60,055 bases of DNA from Chloroflexota bacterium (lineage in GTDB: Bacteria > Chloroflexota > Dehalococcoidia > SM23-28-2 > RBG-16-64-32): NCBI GenBank assembly GCA_022574655.1, contig JACZRQ010000003.1, positions 1 through 60,055 of the forward strand, written 5' to 3'. A model generated the notes under the pieces. It was not told the DNA's origin, ran no database searches, and worked only from the letters and a program-made list of their open reading frames with translations. Shown piece after piece: positions 19,947 to 29,639 of the stretch (position 1 is the first letter of the stretch; every line of letters starts with the position of its first letter). The translations under genes were made by a program, and so were the position numbers.

Positions 19947-21932
19947 ATGTCACGAATCACCAAGCTCTTGATCGCCGGACGCGGTGAGATAGCACGACGC
20001 ATCATGCGCACCGCTCGCGAGATGGGGATTGCGACCGTCGCCGTTTACGCTGATCCCGATGCGCGGTCGCCCCATGTTGGCGACGCAGACGAAGCGGTAG
20101 CCCTGCGGGGCACGACCAGCGCGGAGACCTATCTGGACATCGCAAAAATCATCGACGCAGCCCGACGTACCGGCGCCAACGGCGTGCACCCCGGCTACGG
20201 CTTCCTCTCCGAGAACGCCGAATTCGCCCAGGCCGTAATCGACGCCGGTCTCGTCTGGGTGGGCCCTCGGCCGGAGGCCATCGCCACGATGGGAGACAAG
20301 CTCGCTGCGAAAAAGCTGATGACCGAAGCACGGGTGCCAACGCTGCCAGCAGTCGAGATAACCGACGATATCGGCGATGGTCTCAAGACACAGGCGAGTG
20401 AAGTCGGCTACCCGCTGCTTGTGAAAGCTGCCGCCGGCGGTGGCGGCAAGGGCATGCGCGTAGTCGCCGGCAAGAAAGAGCTTGCGGACGCAGTGTCGGG
20501 GGCCCGGAGAGAGGCCGCATCAGCATTCGGGAATGACACCGTTTTCCTTGAGCGCTTGCTTGAGTCCTCCCGTCACATCGAAGTTCAGGTCTTCGGCGAC
20601 AAGCACGGAAATGTGCTTCACTGCTTCGAACGCGAGTGCTCGATCCAGCGCCGCTACCAGAAGATCATCGAAGAGGCGCCGTCTCCAGCCGTCGATGCAG
20701 AGCTGCGTCTCAAGCTCGGCGAGGCGGCAGTCGCCGCCACCAAGGCTATCGGCTACGACAATGCCGGCACCGTCGAGTTCATGCTGGACGGTGAAGGCAA
20801 CTTCTACTTCCTCGAAATGAACACCCGCTTACAGGTCGAGCACCCCGTGACGGAAGAGATCACGGGGCTGGATTTGGTTCGTGAGCAGATCAGGGTGGCG
20901 GAGGGCGATCCGCTGTCCTTCCGCCAGGACGATCTCCACATTGAGGGTCATGCGATCGAGGCGCGTCTTTACGCTGAAGACCCGGCGGCCGATTTCCTCC
21001 CGGCGACCGGAACACTGATCACCTGGGAACCCGATCCCGGACTGCCCGCGCGATTCGACTCCGGAGTCGAGGCTGGCTTCGAAGTCTCGCCATACTTCGA
21101 CCCCATGCTCGCCAAGGTCATAGTGCATGCGCCCACCCGCACGGAAGCTGCGGCGCGGTTGGCGAATGTGCTCGAACGCTTGCGGATGCACGGCGTCACG
21201 TCCAACCGCGATTTTCTGGTGAACGTCCTTCGGCACGACGCCTTCCTCTCCGGTGACACCACCACTGATTTCATCGAGCGGCATAACCCAGCTCGTGAGC
21301 GTGAAGTGTCGGACGAAGAAGTTCGAGCTGCGGCTCTTGCTGCTGCGCTCACCGTTCAACAGGCGAGGCGAGCGGAAGCGCTAGTGCTGACCACGATGCC
21401 GTCCGGGTGGCGGAACAACCCATCAGCAATGCAGCAAGTGCGCTATCAGTGTCGCGGCAAAGAAGTCGTCACCGAATACGTCAGACACGCGGATGGTGGC
21501 TTTGGATACAACGTCAACGGGCATACTGGCGAGCTACGAATCATCGCCTCTGAAAATGGGCGAATACAACTCGAGATCGATGGAGTCCAGCGTACTTTGG
21601 CGGTTGTCAGTGCGGATCTCAACTACTGGGTGCATGGCGTCGATGGCGAAGTTCAACTGATCGAACTCCCCCGATTTCCAGAGCGTGAACGCGAGGAGAT
21701 CGCTGGCGGCTATCTGGCGCCGATGCCGGGCAGAATCGTTGCGGTGCACGTCGAACCCGGTCAGAAGGTCAGCGTCGGCGAGTCGCTTATCATCGTCGAA
21801 GCGATGAAGATGGAGCACGTCATCACTTGCGCGGAGGATGGGGTCATCATGGAAGTGCGCGTGGTAGTCGATGAGCAGGTCGAGGCCGGGCAGCTGCTCC
21901 TGGTTGTCGACACTGGAAAGGAAGATTCATGA
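19947..21932 (+). CDS. Acyl-CoA carboxylase biotin carboxylase/biotin-carrier (alpha) subunit, AtuF-like
   Basis: RGEIA, HPGYGFLSEN, GGGGKGMR, ERECSIQRR, EMNTRLQVEH, biotinylation site EAMKM. Confidence 0.93.
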   Translation: MSRITKLLIAGRGEIARRIMRTAREMGIATVAVYADPDARSPHVGDADEAVALRGTTSAETYLDIAKIIDAARRTGANGVHPGYGFLSENAEFAQAVIDAGLVWVGPRPEAIATMGDKLAAKKLMTEARVPTLPAVEITDDIGDGLKTQASEVGYPLLVKAAAGGGGKGMRVVAGKKELADAVSGARREAASAFGNDTVFLERLLESSRHIEVQVFGDKHGNVLHCFERECSIQRRYQKIIEEAPSPAVDAELRLKLGEAAVAATKAIGYDNAGTVEFMLDGEGNFYFLEMNTRLQVEHPVTEEITGLDLVREQIRVAEGDPLSFRQDDLHIEGHAIEARLYAEDPAADFLPATGTLITWEPDPGLPARFDSGVEAGFEVSPYFDPMLAKVIVHAPTRTEAAARLANVLERLRMHGVTSNRDFLVNVLRHDAFLSGDTTTDFIERHNPAREREVSDEEVRAAALAAALTVQQARRAEALVLTTMPSGWRNNPSAMQQVRYQCRGKEVVTEYVRHADGGFGYNVNGHTGELRIIASENGRIQLEIDGVQRTLAVVSADLNYWVHGVDGEVQLIELPRFPEREREEIAGGYLAPMPGRIVAVHVEPGQKVSVGESLIIVEAMKMEHVITCAEDGVIMEVRVVVDEQVEAGQLLLVVDTGKEDS

Positions 21933-22738
21933 GTTCGTCGCTTGATCAGATCGTCGACGACTTGGAAGCGGAGCACGCCGCCCTGGCGGGTGTGCTGGAT
22001 GGCCTCTCTGCCCCGGACTGGGACGTAGCGACCCACAATCCTGGTTGGTCCGTCAGAGATCAAGTGTCGCATCTGGCCTACTTCGACGAGGCTGCTTCGC
22101 GCGCGATCTCAGACCAAGAAGCGTTCCAGGCGGAAGTTCGCGCTGCCATGAAGAGCGGCTCCGACTTGGAAGCGAGCTACGTGGAGCGCGGGCGCGGGAT
22201 GGAGCCCCGCGCGGTGCTTGCCTGGTGGCGTTCGGCCAGCAGCGCGCTCATCGCCGGCGCACGTACTGCAGACCCGAAGGCGCGCCTGCCGTGGTTCGGG
22301 CCTGACATGAGTCCGGCTTCGTTCATCACCGCCCGGCTCATGGAGACGTGGTCGCATGGACTTGATGTCGTGGACGTAGTGGATGGCGACCGGCCTGATA
22401 CCGACAGACTCCGGCACGTTGCATTCCTCGGTGTGCGTACCCGCGCCTACAGTTACAGCGTGCGTCGGATGAAACAGCCGGACACCCCGATACGGGTTGA
22501 GCTGACCTCTCCCTCAGGCGAGACCTGGATTCTCGGCGATCCCGACGCGGAAGAGTCGATTCGCGGAACAGCGACTGACTTCTGCCGCGTTGCTGCTCAA
22601 CGTCGCCACGTCGCTGACACGGACCTCGAAGTCATAGGCGACGCGGCCAAAGAATGGATGGGCATCGCTCAGACGTTCGCCGGTCCGCCCGGCGGTGGCC
22701 GACAGCCCGGCGAGTTTCCCAAGGAGAAGCGGGAGTGA
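21929..22738 (+). CDS. TIGR03084-like metal-binding protein (MDMPI/DinB superfamily)
   Basis: PGWSVRDQVSHLAYFD, PWFGPDMS, TARLMETWSHG, AQTFAGPPG; overlaps upstream stop (ATGA). Confidence 0.82.
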   Translation: MSSSLDQIVDDLEAEHAALAGVLDGLSAPDWDVATHNPGWSVRDQVSHLAYFDEAASRAISDQEAFQAEVRAAMKSGSDLEASYVERGRGMEPRAVLAWWRSASSALIAGARTADPKARLPWFGPDMSPASFITARLMETWSHGLDVVDVVDGDRPDTDRLRHVAFLGVRTRAYSYSVRRMKQPDTPIRVELTSPSGETWILGDPDAEESIRGTATDFCRVAAQRRHVADTDLEVIGDAAKEWMGIAQTFAGPPGGGRQPGEFPKEKRE

Positions 22739-23520
22739 GTGAGGAACTCGTCCACCTCGAAGTCGCTGACGGTATCGCGACGATCACCCTGGACTCGCCG
22801 GCTAACCGCAACGCCCTCTCCCGCGCTCTCATGGGCGGCCTCGAGCAACACCTGGAGACTGCTCTCAACGACGAACGGGCACGGCTGATCGTTCTCACCA
22901 ACACCGGCCCCGTCTTCTGTGCTGGCGCGGATCTCAAGGAGATGCGCGGCGCTGGCGGGACCAGCCGGGGCGCTGGGCCCGGCGGCTTGGTCACGATCCT
23001 CAAGCGGATATGGCACTCGCCCACGCCGGTTATCGCTCGCGTCGGTGGCCCGACGCGAGCCGGTGGCATCGGCCTGATCGCCGCCTGCGACATGGCCGTT
23101 GCCACAGACGATGCGACGTTCGCTTTCAGCGAGGTTAGGCTCGGCCTCATCCCGGCGATTATCTCCGTCGTTGTTCTGCCCAAGCTGGGCATAACGAAAG
23201 GAATGGAGTTCTTTCTTACGGGCGACACGTTCGACGCACCCGAGGCGGTACGCCTCGGGCTCCTGAACGACGCGGTGCCAGTAGGTCGGCTCGATGCAGC
23301 GACCAGCCGCTACACAGATAGCATCCTGAAGGGCGCGCCCGGCGCGCTCGCCGGCTGTAAACGATTGGTGCGTGAAGTTCCTGGCATGGATATGGATGAT
23401 GCTTTCGTGCAGACGTCTGAATGGACGGCGGGCTACTTCGCGTCTGAGGAAGCGCGAGAGGGCATGGCGGCGTTCGCGCAAAAACGTCCGCCGCGCTGGG
23501 CTGAGGGTAGTGATGACTGA
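22735..23520 (+). CDS. Enoyl-CoA hydratase (AtuE/LiuC-like)
   Basis: ITLDSPANRNAL, FCAGADL, GGIGLIAACD, FSEVRLGLIPA; GTG start overlaps upstream TGA. Confidence 0.9.
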   Translation: MSEELVHLEVADGIATITLDSPANRNALSRALMGGLEQHLETALNDERARLIVLTNTGPVFCAGADLKEMRGAGGTSRGAGPGGLVTILKRIWHSPTPVIARVGGPTRAGGIGLIAACDMAVATDDATFAFSEVRLGLIPAIISVVVLPKLGITKGMEFFLTGDTFDAPEAVRLGLLNDAVPVGRLDAATSRYTDSILKGAPGALAGCKRLVREVPGMDMDDAFVQTSEWTAGYFASEEAREGMAAFAQKRPPRWAEGSDD

Positions 23521-25309
23521 TCCAGCGAAATCTGTCCTCCGCATCGCCAACTGCTCGGGCTTCTACGGAGATCGCCTTTCTGCTGCTCGCGAAATGGTTG
23601 AAGGAGGCCCGATCGACTTCCTGACCGGCGACTACCTGGCGGAACTGACGCTCCTCATTCTTTGGAAGATGAAGCAGAAGGACAGCGAGGGCGGATACGC
23701 GCGCACGTTCCTAAAACAGATGGAAGAAGTGCTGGGGACCTGTCTGGACAAGGGAATCAAGATCGTCACCAACGCTGGTGGTCTAAATCCTGCGTCGCTC
23801 GCGATAAGGATGCGCGCTCTCGCCGATGGTCTCGGTCTGCAGGCGAACATCGCCCACATCGAGGGCGATGACGTTCTCTCCAAGCTCCCCAAGCTGCAAG
23901 CCGGCGGCGAGACGCTGGCCCATCTGGACAGCGGACGGCCGCTCGCCGATGCCGGGGTCGAGCCCATCGCCGCCAACGCCTATCTCGGTGCTTGGGGGAT
24001 CGTGGAGGCGCTGAACACGGGCGCCGATGTGGTCGTCTGCCCGCGCGTTACCGATGCCTCGGTGGTAGTCGGGCCAGCCGCCTGGCACTTCGGTTGGGGA
24101 AAGACGGACTGGGACCGCCTCGCATCTTCCGTTGTGGCCGGTCACATTCTCGAGTGCGGCGCTCAGGCCACCGGCGGCAACTACTCCTTCTTCCAGGAGG
24201 TCCCCGGCCTCCAGCATCCCGGCTTTCCGATTGCGGAGATGCACGAAGATGGATCGTTCATCGTCACCAAACACGAGAACACTGGTGGTCTGGTTTCAGT
24301 TGGCACGGTCACGGCGCAGCTCCTGTACGAGATCGGCAGCGAGCGATACATGAACCCGGACGTCGTAGCTCGCTTCGACACGATCGGGTTGAAGCAGCAA
24401 GGCCCCGATAGGGTGCTCGTAACCGGCGTACGCGGCGAGCCGGCTCCGGACACGACCAAGGTGTGCATCAACTATCTCGGCGGCTTCCGCAACACGATGA
24501 GTTTTGTCCTAACCGGCCTCGACGTCGAAGAGAAGGCGAAGCTCGCCGAGGAGACGCTGTTCGCGGAACTCGGAGGCAAGGACCAATTCGACGAAGTGAC
24601 CGTCAAACTCACTCGCAGCGATCGAGAGGATCCGGGCTCGAACGAAGAGGCCGGCGCTTTACTGAGGATAACGGTAAAAGACAGGGATCCGAAGAAGGTG
24701 GGACGCGCGTTCTCCGGCAAGGCTGTTGAGATGGCGCTTGCCAACTACCCTGGCTTCCACATGGCGGGCGGACTGACCTCCGAAAACGTCTTCGGTGTCT
24801 ACTGGCCAGCGCTCGTTTCGATCGACGCAATCGAAGAGGTGGTCGTCGCGCACGATGGCTCTCGCACTGACGTTACGCCCGCCAAGTCCGACGAAACCGT
24901 TTCGGTCGAACCGCCGTCGCCGCCTTCCGTGCAAGCACCAAGCGGACCGACCAAGCGTGTGCCACTGGGCGCGGTCTTTGGCGCGCGCTCCGGAGACAAA
25001 GGTGGGAACGCCAACGTCGGCATCTGGGCGCGCAGCGATGCTGCCTACGCCTGGCTGGCGGACTATCTGACGATCGCGCGCTTTAAGCAGCTCGTTGGCG
25101 AGGCGCGTGACCTCGACGTACGCCGCTACGAACTTCCAAACCTGCGGGCCCTCAACTTCGTGCTCGTTGGACTACTTGGTGAAGGGGTAGCCTCGTCAAC
25201 TCGGCCAGACCCGCAGGCCAAAAGCCTCGGCGAATACGTCCGGGCGAAACTTGTCGATCTACCAGAAACCCTTCTAGACGACGCCAAGTCCGGGGGCAGC
25301 CTCCACTAA
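23513..25309 (+). CDS. atuA: Acyclic terpene utilization AtuA-family protein
   Basis: RIANCSGFYGDR, DYLAELT, NAGGLNP, AGHILECG, QLLYEI, ARSGDKGGNANVG, DPQAKSLGE. Confidence 0.9.
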   Translation: MTDPAKSVLRIANCSGFYGDRLSAAREMVEGGPIDFLTGDYLAELTLLILWKMKQKDSEGGYARTFLKQMEEVLGTCLDKGIKIVTNAGGLNPASLAIRMRALADGLGLQANIAHIEGDDVLSKLPKLQAGGETLAHLDSGRPLADAGVEPIAANAYLGAWGIVEALNTGADVVVCPRVTDASVVVGPAAWHFGWGKTDWDRLASSVVAGHILECGAQATGGNYSFFQEVPGLQHPGFPIAEMHEDGSFIVTKHENTGGLVSVGTVTAQLLYEIGSERYMNPDVVARFDTIGLKQQGPDRVLVTGVRGEPAPDTTKVCINYLGGFRNTMSFVLTGLDVEEKAKLAEETLFAELGGKDQFDEVTVKLTRSDREDPGSNEEAGALLRITVKDRDPKKVGRAFSGKAVEMALANYPGFHMAGGLTSENVFGVYWPALVSIDAIEEVVVAHDGSRTDVTPAKSDETVSVEPPSPPSVQAPSGPTKRVPLGAVFGARSGDKGGNANVGIWARSDAAYAWLADYLTIARFKQLVGEARDLDVRRYELPNLRALNFVLVGLLGEGVASSTRPDPQAKSLGEYVRAKLVDLPETLLDDAKSGGSLH

Positions 25310-25390
25310 GCTTTCATTCCTCGCCGTTCGCAGTTTGACTGAGGTCCAAGAGGCTCTGCCAACGTGTCGTCGGTTACAATACGAAATCGA

Positions 25391-25465
25391 GCGGGAGTAG
25401 CTCAGTGGTAGAGCATCTGCCTTCCAAGCAGAGGGTCGCGGGTTCGATCCCCGTCTCCCGCTCCA
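25391..25465 (+). tRNA. tRNA-Gly (TCC)
   Basis: Acceptor GCGGGAG/CTCCCGC, anticodon arm TCTGC-CTTCCAA-GCAGA, GGTTCGA T-loop, encoded CCA. Confidence 0.97.
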
Positions 25466-25780
25466 CTCGACTCTGACCGTGGGCAATCCCGTGCTGGTAC
25501 ACCATGTGCTACACTGTCGCAGGTGGTAGCGTTTGGGCTCCCGCAGGCCTTGGCCTCCTAGCCTCGGTTTGTGGCGACCCGAATCGATTCCAATAGAGCC
25601 ACTGAAGAGGTCACTTCTGACTTACAAAGACAGAAACCTTACCCATCCAGACTACAAGAACCCGGTCAGGTCCGGTAGCTACTCTCAGAAGCTCTCCACT
25701 GAACCGGCATATGATCCGCACAGCCGCTTCGGACGACCGTCGTTCGCAGCCGCTTGCGCAGGGATGTACGGATAGAGCCA

Positions 25781-26767
25781 ATGGCGTACACAATGAACAC
25801 CCCTTGGACGCTCGCCGGGCGCAATCTTGCGATTCAGAAGGCGATTGCGGAGATATACGAACAATACTTCGCCGGCGGCCCGCGCTGGATCGCCAAGCAC
25901 CTGCCTCAGCGAAAGCAGATGGGTGACTACGCCTCCAAACTCAGCGACGAGTCCAAAGAGATCCTCCTCGGTGACTACGGCATAGAATCCTTTATCGAAG
26001 ATTATGCGTTGATGGCGATTCAGGCTTCCGGCGACAGCCGCGCCATCAGCCAGACCTACACCCAATGGGTATTCGACGAAACTCGCCACAGCAAAGCCCT
26101 CTGGTATTGTTTCATCGACTCCGCTCTCTACAGCCACCGTGAGATGGACGAATATACGTACCAGTGCAGTCAGCACGTTTGGACGTTCGAGCTCCAGACC
26201 GGCCACGAGGCTACGCCTGAGCGTGGCGCTGCATACGCCATCGCCCAGGAGCGCCAGACCAAGAAAAACTATCGCGACATGCAGCGCCGTGTTTGGCAGG
26301 AGTACGGCTGTCCTAGAGACGCGACCCAGCGGCCGGTCTACCCGGCCATCGCCGGCGTCCTCGGCACGCTGGCCACGGACGAGGGCTACCACGAAGCCGT
26401 CTTTCGCAAGATCACCCGCGTCTATCTCAAGTTCTGGCCCGACAAGGCACTGCAGGCGATGTGGGACGTCTATGAGAAGTACCGCATGCCGATGGTGAAG
26501 CTGCCCAACGCGGAAGCCTTCCTCGACGCCGTCCTCTCGACTGGCATCGACTCACCCCGTGCCGTCGTCAAGGACATCCTCAAGCCCACGTATGAGTCAC
26601 TCGGCCTCGAAAGTCGCGCCGCCGTCAAGCGCGCCGCCCGCGAGAGCTGGGATCTCCCCGAAGGCGCCGTCATCCAGGTCGGCGACACCCTCGATCCGGA
26701 CATCACGGAAGACGCCATCCCATACCGCATGAACGCGGACGGGACGTTTACGCCTGTCTCCGCCTAA
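25781..26767 (+). CDS. Ferritin-like di-iron protein, acyl-ACP desaturase (DesA-like) family
   Basis: Di-iron ligand pattern FIED...WVFDETRH...AQERQT...ATDEGYH (E, ExxH, E, ExxH), followed by YRMP. Confidence 0.75.
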   Translation: MAYTMNTPWTLAGRNLAIQKAIAEIYEQYFAGGPRWIAKHLPQRKQMGDYASKLSDESKEILLGDYGIESFIEDYALMAIQASGDSRAISQTYTQWVFDETRHSKALWYCFIDSALYSHREMDEYTYQCSQHVWTFELQTGHEATPERGAAYAIAQERQTKKNYRDMQRRVWQEYGCPRDATQRPVYPAIAGVLGTLATDEGYHEAVFRKITRVYLKFWPDKALQAMWDVYEKYRMPMVKLPNAEAFLDAVLSTGIDSPRAVVKDILKPTYESLGLESRAAVKRAARESWDLPEGAVIQVGDTLDPDITEDAIPYRMNADGTFTPVSA

Positions 26768-26832
26768 GGGTGGCCGTGACGAGGAGGGGAGCGCCTTCTA
26801 CGTCAGCGATACGAAAATCCGTGAAGCTAGAT

Positions 26833-27210
26833 CTACCCGGCCGGCGCTGTCTGACGGGTCCAGGTAGCCATGTCGAAGTAGTCACGCCATGCCTTGATTT
26901 TGCCGCCCTCGATCTGGAAGACGCCGGCGACCGGTAGCTCAACTCTCTTGCCGGCGACGTCGAAGCGATCGACTCGCTCGGTCAGAACTACATCATCCGC
27001 CGCGGCGATGTTCAACATTTCCCACTCCGCCCACGTGATCGGCGTCAGGATCTGCTGCAAGAGCGTCTTGATCGCGGGCTTACCCTCAATCGGCGGCCCC
27101 GGCATGTTGTGGTAGATCGCGTCCTCAGTGAAGTAATCGACAAGCTCCGCGACATTACGGCGCGACCACGCCTCGCAGAACCTGGTGACGATATCGATGT
27201 TGGCGGACAT
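26833..27210 (-). CDS. Limonene-1,2-epoxide hydrolase / SnoaL-like protein
   Basis: DAIYHNMP, VLTERVDRF, LPVAGVF, KIKAWRDYFD; ATG 27210 after GGGAGG. Confidence 0.88.
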   Translation of the reverse strand: MSANIDIVTRFCEAWSRRNVAELVDYFTEDAIYHNMPGPPIEGKPAIKTLLQQILTPITWAEWEMLNIAAADDVVLTERVDRFDVAGKRVELPVAGVFQIEGGKIKAWRDYFDMATWTRQTAPAG

Positions 27211-27293
27211 GTGAACCCTCCCTGGTGAGTTACACTTGGCGATGTTAATGGAAGCGGTGTTGTGGAGCCCCGCAATAGTTGATTCCAGCCATA

Positions 27294-27743
27294 GTGACAT
27301 CTACTTATCACCTCGCACAGTACAACATCGCACGCCTCGTCGCGCCGCTGGACGATCCGCGGTTGCGGTCGTTCATGGACGCTCTTGACCGTCTGAACTG
27401 CCTCGCCGATGAATCTGAAGGGTTCGTCTGGCGGCATCAGACGGCCGACGGAAATTCTACCTCAGTGCGCGTGCGTGGCGACCCGATGATCGTCATCAAC
27501 TTCAGCGTCTGGGCCGCCATCGACTCGCTCTTTCAGTACGCCTACCACAGCGACCACGTTGAGATCTTCAGGCGTCGCAAAGAGTTCTTCGAACCGTTTG
27601 ACCTGGCATCGTTAGTGCTCTGGTGGATACCAGCCGGTCACATTCCGTCCGTCGAAGAGGCTGAGGAGCGGCTCGATCATTTGCGTGACCACGGACCGAC
27701 TCCACATGCGTTTATGTTCAAGCGCCGGTATCCGGCACCGTAA
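27294..27743 (+). CDS. DUF3291-family protein
   Basis: HLAQYNIARL, ADESEGFVWR, NFSVW, VLWWIPAGHIPS, GPTPHAF. Confidence 0.8.
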   Translation: MTSTYHLAQYNIARLVAPLDDPRLRSFMDALDRLNCLADESEGFVWRHQTADGNSTSVRVRGDPMIVINFSVWAAIDSLFQYAYHSDHVEIFRRRKEFFEPFDLASLVLWWIPAGHIPSVEEAEERLDHLRDHGPTPHAFMFKRRYPAP

Positions 27744-27896
27744 TTGACATTGCCGACGATATCGTTCCTAGGTCTGCTCTCAAACGTTCGAAGCTTGTCA
27801 CAAAGTCCTTGTCTGAGAAGCCGTCATTCGCTAGGCTAGTCTTTACCCCCGCCGCGCATTGCTGTGCGCCTGACCGGAGCGGGGCTTCCTTCTGTG

Positions 27897-29639
27897 ATGA
27901 CTGAACTGCTAGACGTTCGCGCGGGCGCTTTTCTCATTTTGCGTGAGCTGCGCCGGCAACTGCGGTATCTGGGAGCTGCGCTTATACTCGGCGTTATATG
28001 GAGCTGCGCCCGTTTGGCCTTGCCCGTCCTCGCCGGGGTGACGATCGACGAGGCGATACGTAAGGATCGCGTCGATCTCCTTCTGGCGCTATGCGCCGTC
28101 ATCATTGTAATCGCCATCGGACAAGGCCTCGCGGCGGCCGCTCGGCGCTTCTGTGCTATGCGGACCGCCCACCGGGTCGAAGCGGACCTGAGAACGGCCC
28201 TCTACAACCACGTCAATCGCCTATCGTTCGATTACTACGATCGCACGTCGACTGGTCAGCTCATGTCGCGTGGCAGCACCGATCTCCACGAGGTGCAGGC
28301 CTTCGTGATGGTCATACCTATCAACACAGCGTTTCTTCTCATGGCCGTCGGCTCCTTCGTTATCCTGTTGCAGGTGCACCTCCTCCTCGCGCTCCTTGCC
28401 ATGGCTGCCTACCCACTGGTTACCCTCATCACGATTCGCTTCTTCAACAAGCTCTCTCCCGCGACGGCGGAGGTGCAACAAGGTCTCGGTGATCTAACAT
28501 CCGTGGTCGAAGAGAACATCGCGGGAGCCCGCCTGGTTCGTGCTTTCGGTCGCGAGCGTCAGCAGGAGGATCGTCTCCGTGGCGTAGCGGACAAGATCTA
28601 CGACGACAGCATGGAAGTCGCGCGCCTCCGTACGTTGTACACGCCTTTGTTCTACCTTCTTCCCGCCATAGGCCAGCTCGTAATACTCGGCTTCGGCGGC
28701 TGGCTCGTCCTTGAAGGCGACGTCACCACAGGTCAGTTCGTCTCGTTTTTCTACCTGCTCAACATGTTGGTGTGGCCCGTCCAGGGGCTCGGAGAACTCG
28801 TGGCCAGCGGCCAACGCGCTTTCACTTCGGCTGCTCGTGTCTGGAACGTGCTCAAGGAAGAGCCGACGGTAGCCCAGAACCCTGACCCCGTCGAACTGCC
28901 AGACGGCGAGGGGGCGATTAGTTTCCGGGACGTGCGATTTTCCTACAACGGAAGCGGCGCCATCCTGGACAACTTGTCGTTCGACGTGCCGTCAGGTACC
29001 GCTGTGGCACTCGTGGGGTCGACGGGCTGCGGCAAGTCGACAATCGGTCGGCTGCTTCCCCGCTTCTACGACGTGGATCGTGGTGACATCCTGATCGACG
29101 GAGTCAGCGTCAAAGAGATGGACCTCCACGAGCTCAGGCGAAACGTTGGCCTGGTGTTCGAAGACACCTTTCTTTTCTCCGACACGATCCGAAACAACAT
29201 AGCGTATGGGCGACTAAGTGCATCGAACGAAGAGATCGAGGAGGCGGCGCGGCTGGCACAAGCCTCTGAATTTATCGAGAAAATGTCCGAGGGATATGAC
29301 ACCGTCGTTGGCGAGCAGGGGTTCTCGCTCTCGGGTGGTCAGAGGCAGCGCATCGCTATCGCACGCGCGGTGCTGATGCAGCCGCGAGTCCTCATCCTGG
29401 ACGATGCCACCTCAAGCGTTGATGCCGCGATGGAGGAGGAGATCCGAAATGCGCTTGAGCGGGTGATGGTCGGCAGGACAACGATCATCATTTCCCACCG
29501 GCTCTCAACGATCGCCCTGGCGGATCAAGTGATGCTTCTCGAGCACGGAAGAATTGCGGAATCGGGCACTCATCAGGAACTCACACGAACCTCGGCGCGC
29601 TATCGCGAGGTGCTTGGCTTGGAGGCCGTCTCAGCATGA
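27897..29639 (+). CDS. ABC exporter fused TMD+NBD, heterodimer subunit with degenerate Walker B
   Basis: N-terminal TM domain; GSTGCGKS, LSGGQRQR, Walker B ILDDAT (Asp in place of catalytic Glu). Start 27864-27897 uncertain. Confidence 0.9.
   Translation: MTELLDVRAGAFLILRELRRQLRYLGAALILGVIWSCARLALPVLAGVTIDEAIRKDRVDLLLALCAVIIVIAIGQGLAAAARRFCAMRTAHRVEADLRTALYNHVNRLSFDYYDRTSTGQLMSRGSTDLHEVQAFVMVIPINTAFLLMAVGSFVILLQVHLLLALLAMAAYPLVTLITIRFFNKLSPATAEVQQGLGDLTSVVEENIAGARLVRAFGRERQQEDRLRGVADKIYDDSMEVARLRTLYTPLFYLLPAIGQLVILGFGGWLVLEGDVTTGQFVSFFYLLNMLVWPVQGLGELVASGQRAFTSAARVWNVLKEEPTVAQNPDPVELPDGEGAISFRDVRFSYNGSGAILDNLSFDVPSGTAVALVGSTGCGKSTIGRLLPRFYDVDRGDILIDGVSVKEMDLHELRRNVGLVFEDTFLFSDTIRNNIAYGRLSASNEEIEEAARLAQASEFIEKMSEGYDTVVGEQGFSLSGGQRQRIAIARAVLMQPRVLILDDATSSVDAAMEEEIRNALERVMVGRTTIIISHRLSTIALADQVMLLEHGRIAESGTHQELTRTSARYREVLGLEAVSA

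Noticed and set aside
22669-23550. 293-aa minus-strand ORF
   Set aside because: Shadow ORF opposite the well-supported crotonase.
25533-25775. 80-aa ORF or possible riboswitch in the desaturase leader
   Set aside because: TTG start without an RBS, no motif, and no RNA family or strong stem that I could recognise; it cannot be supported.
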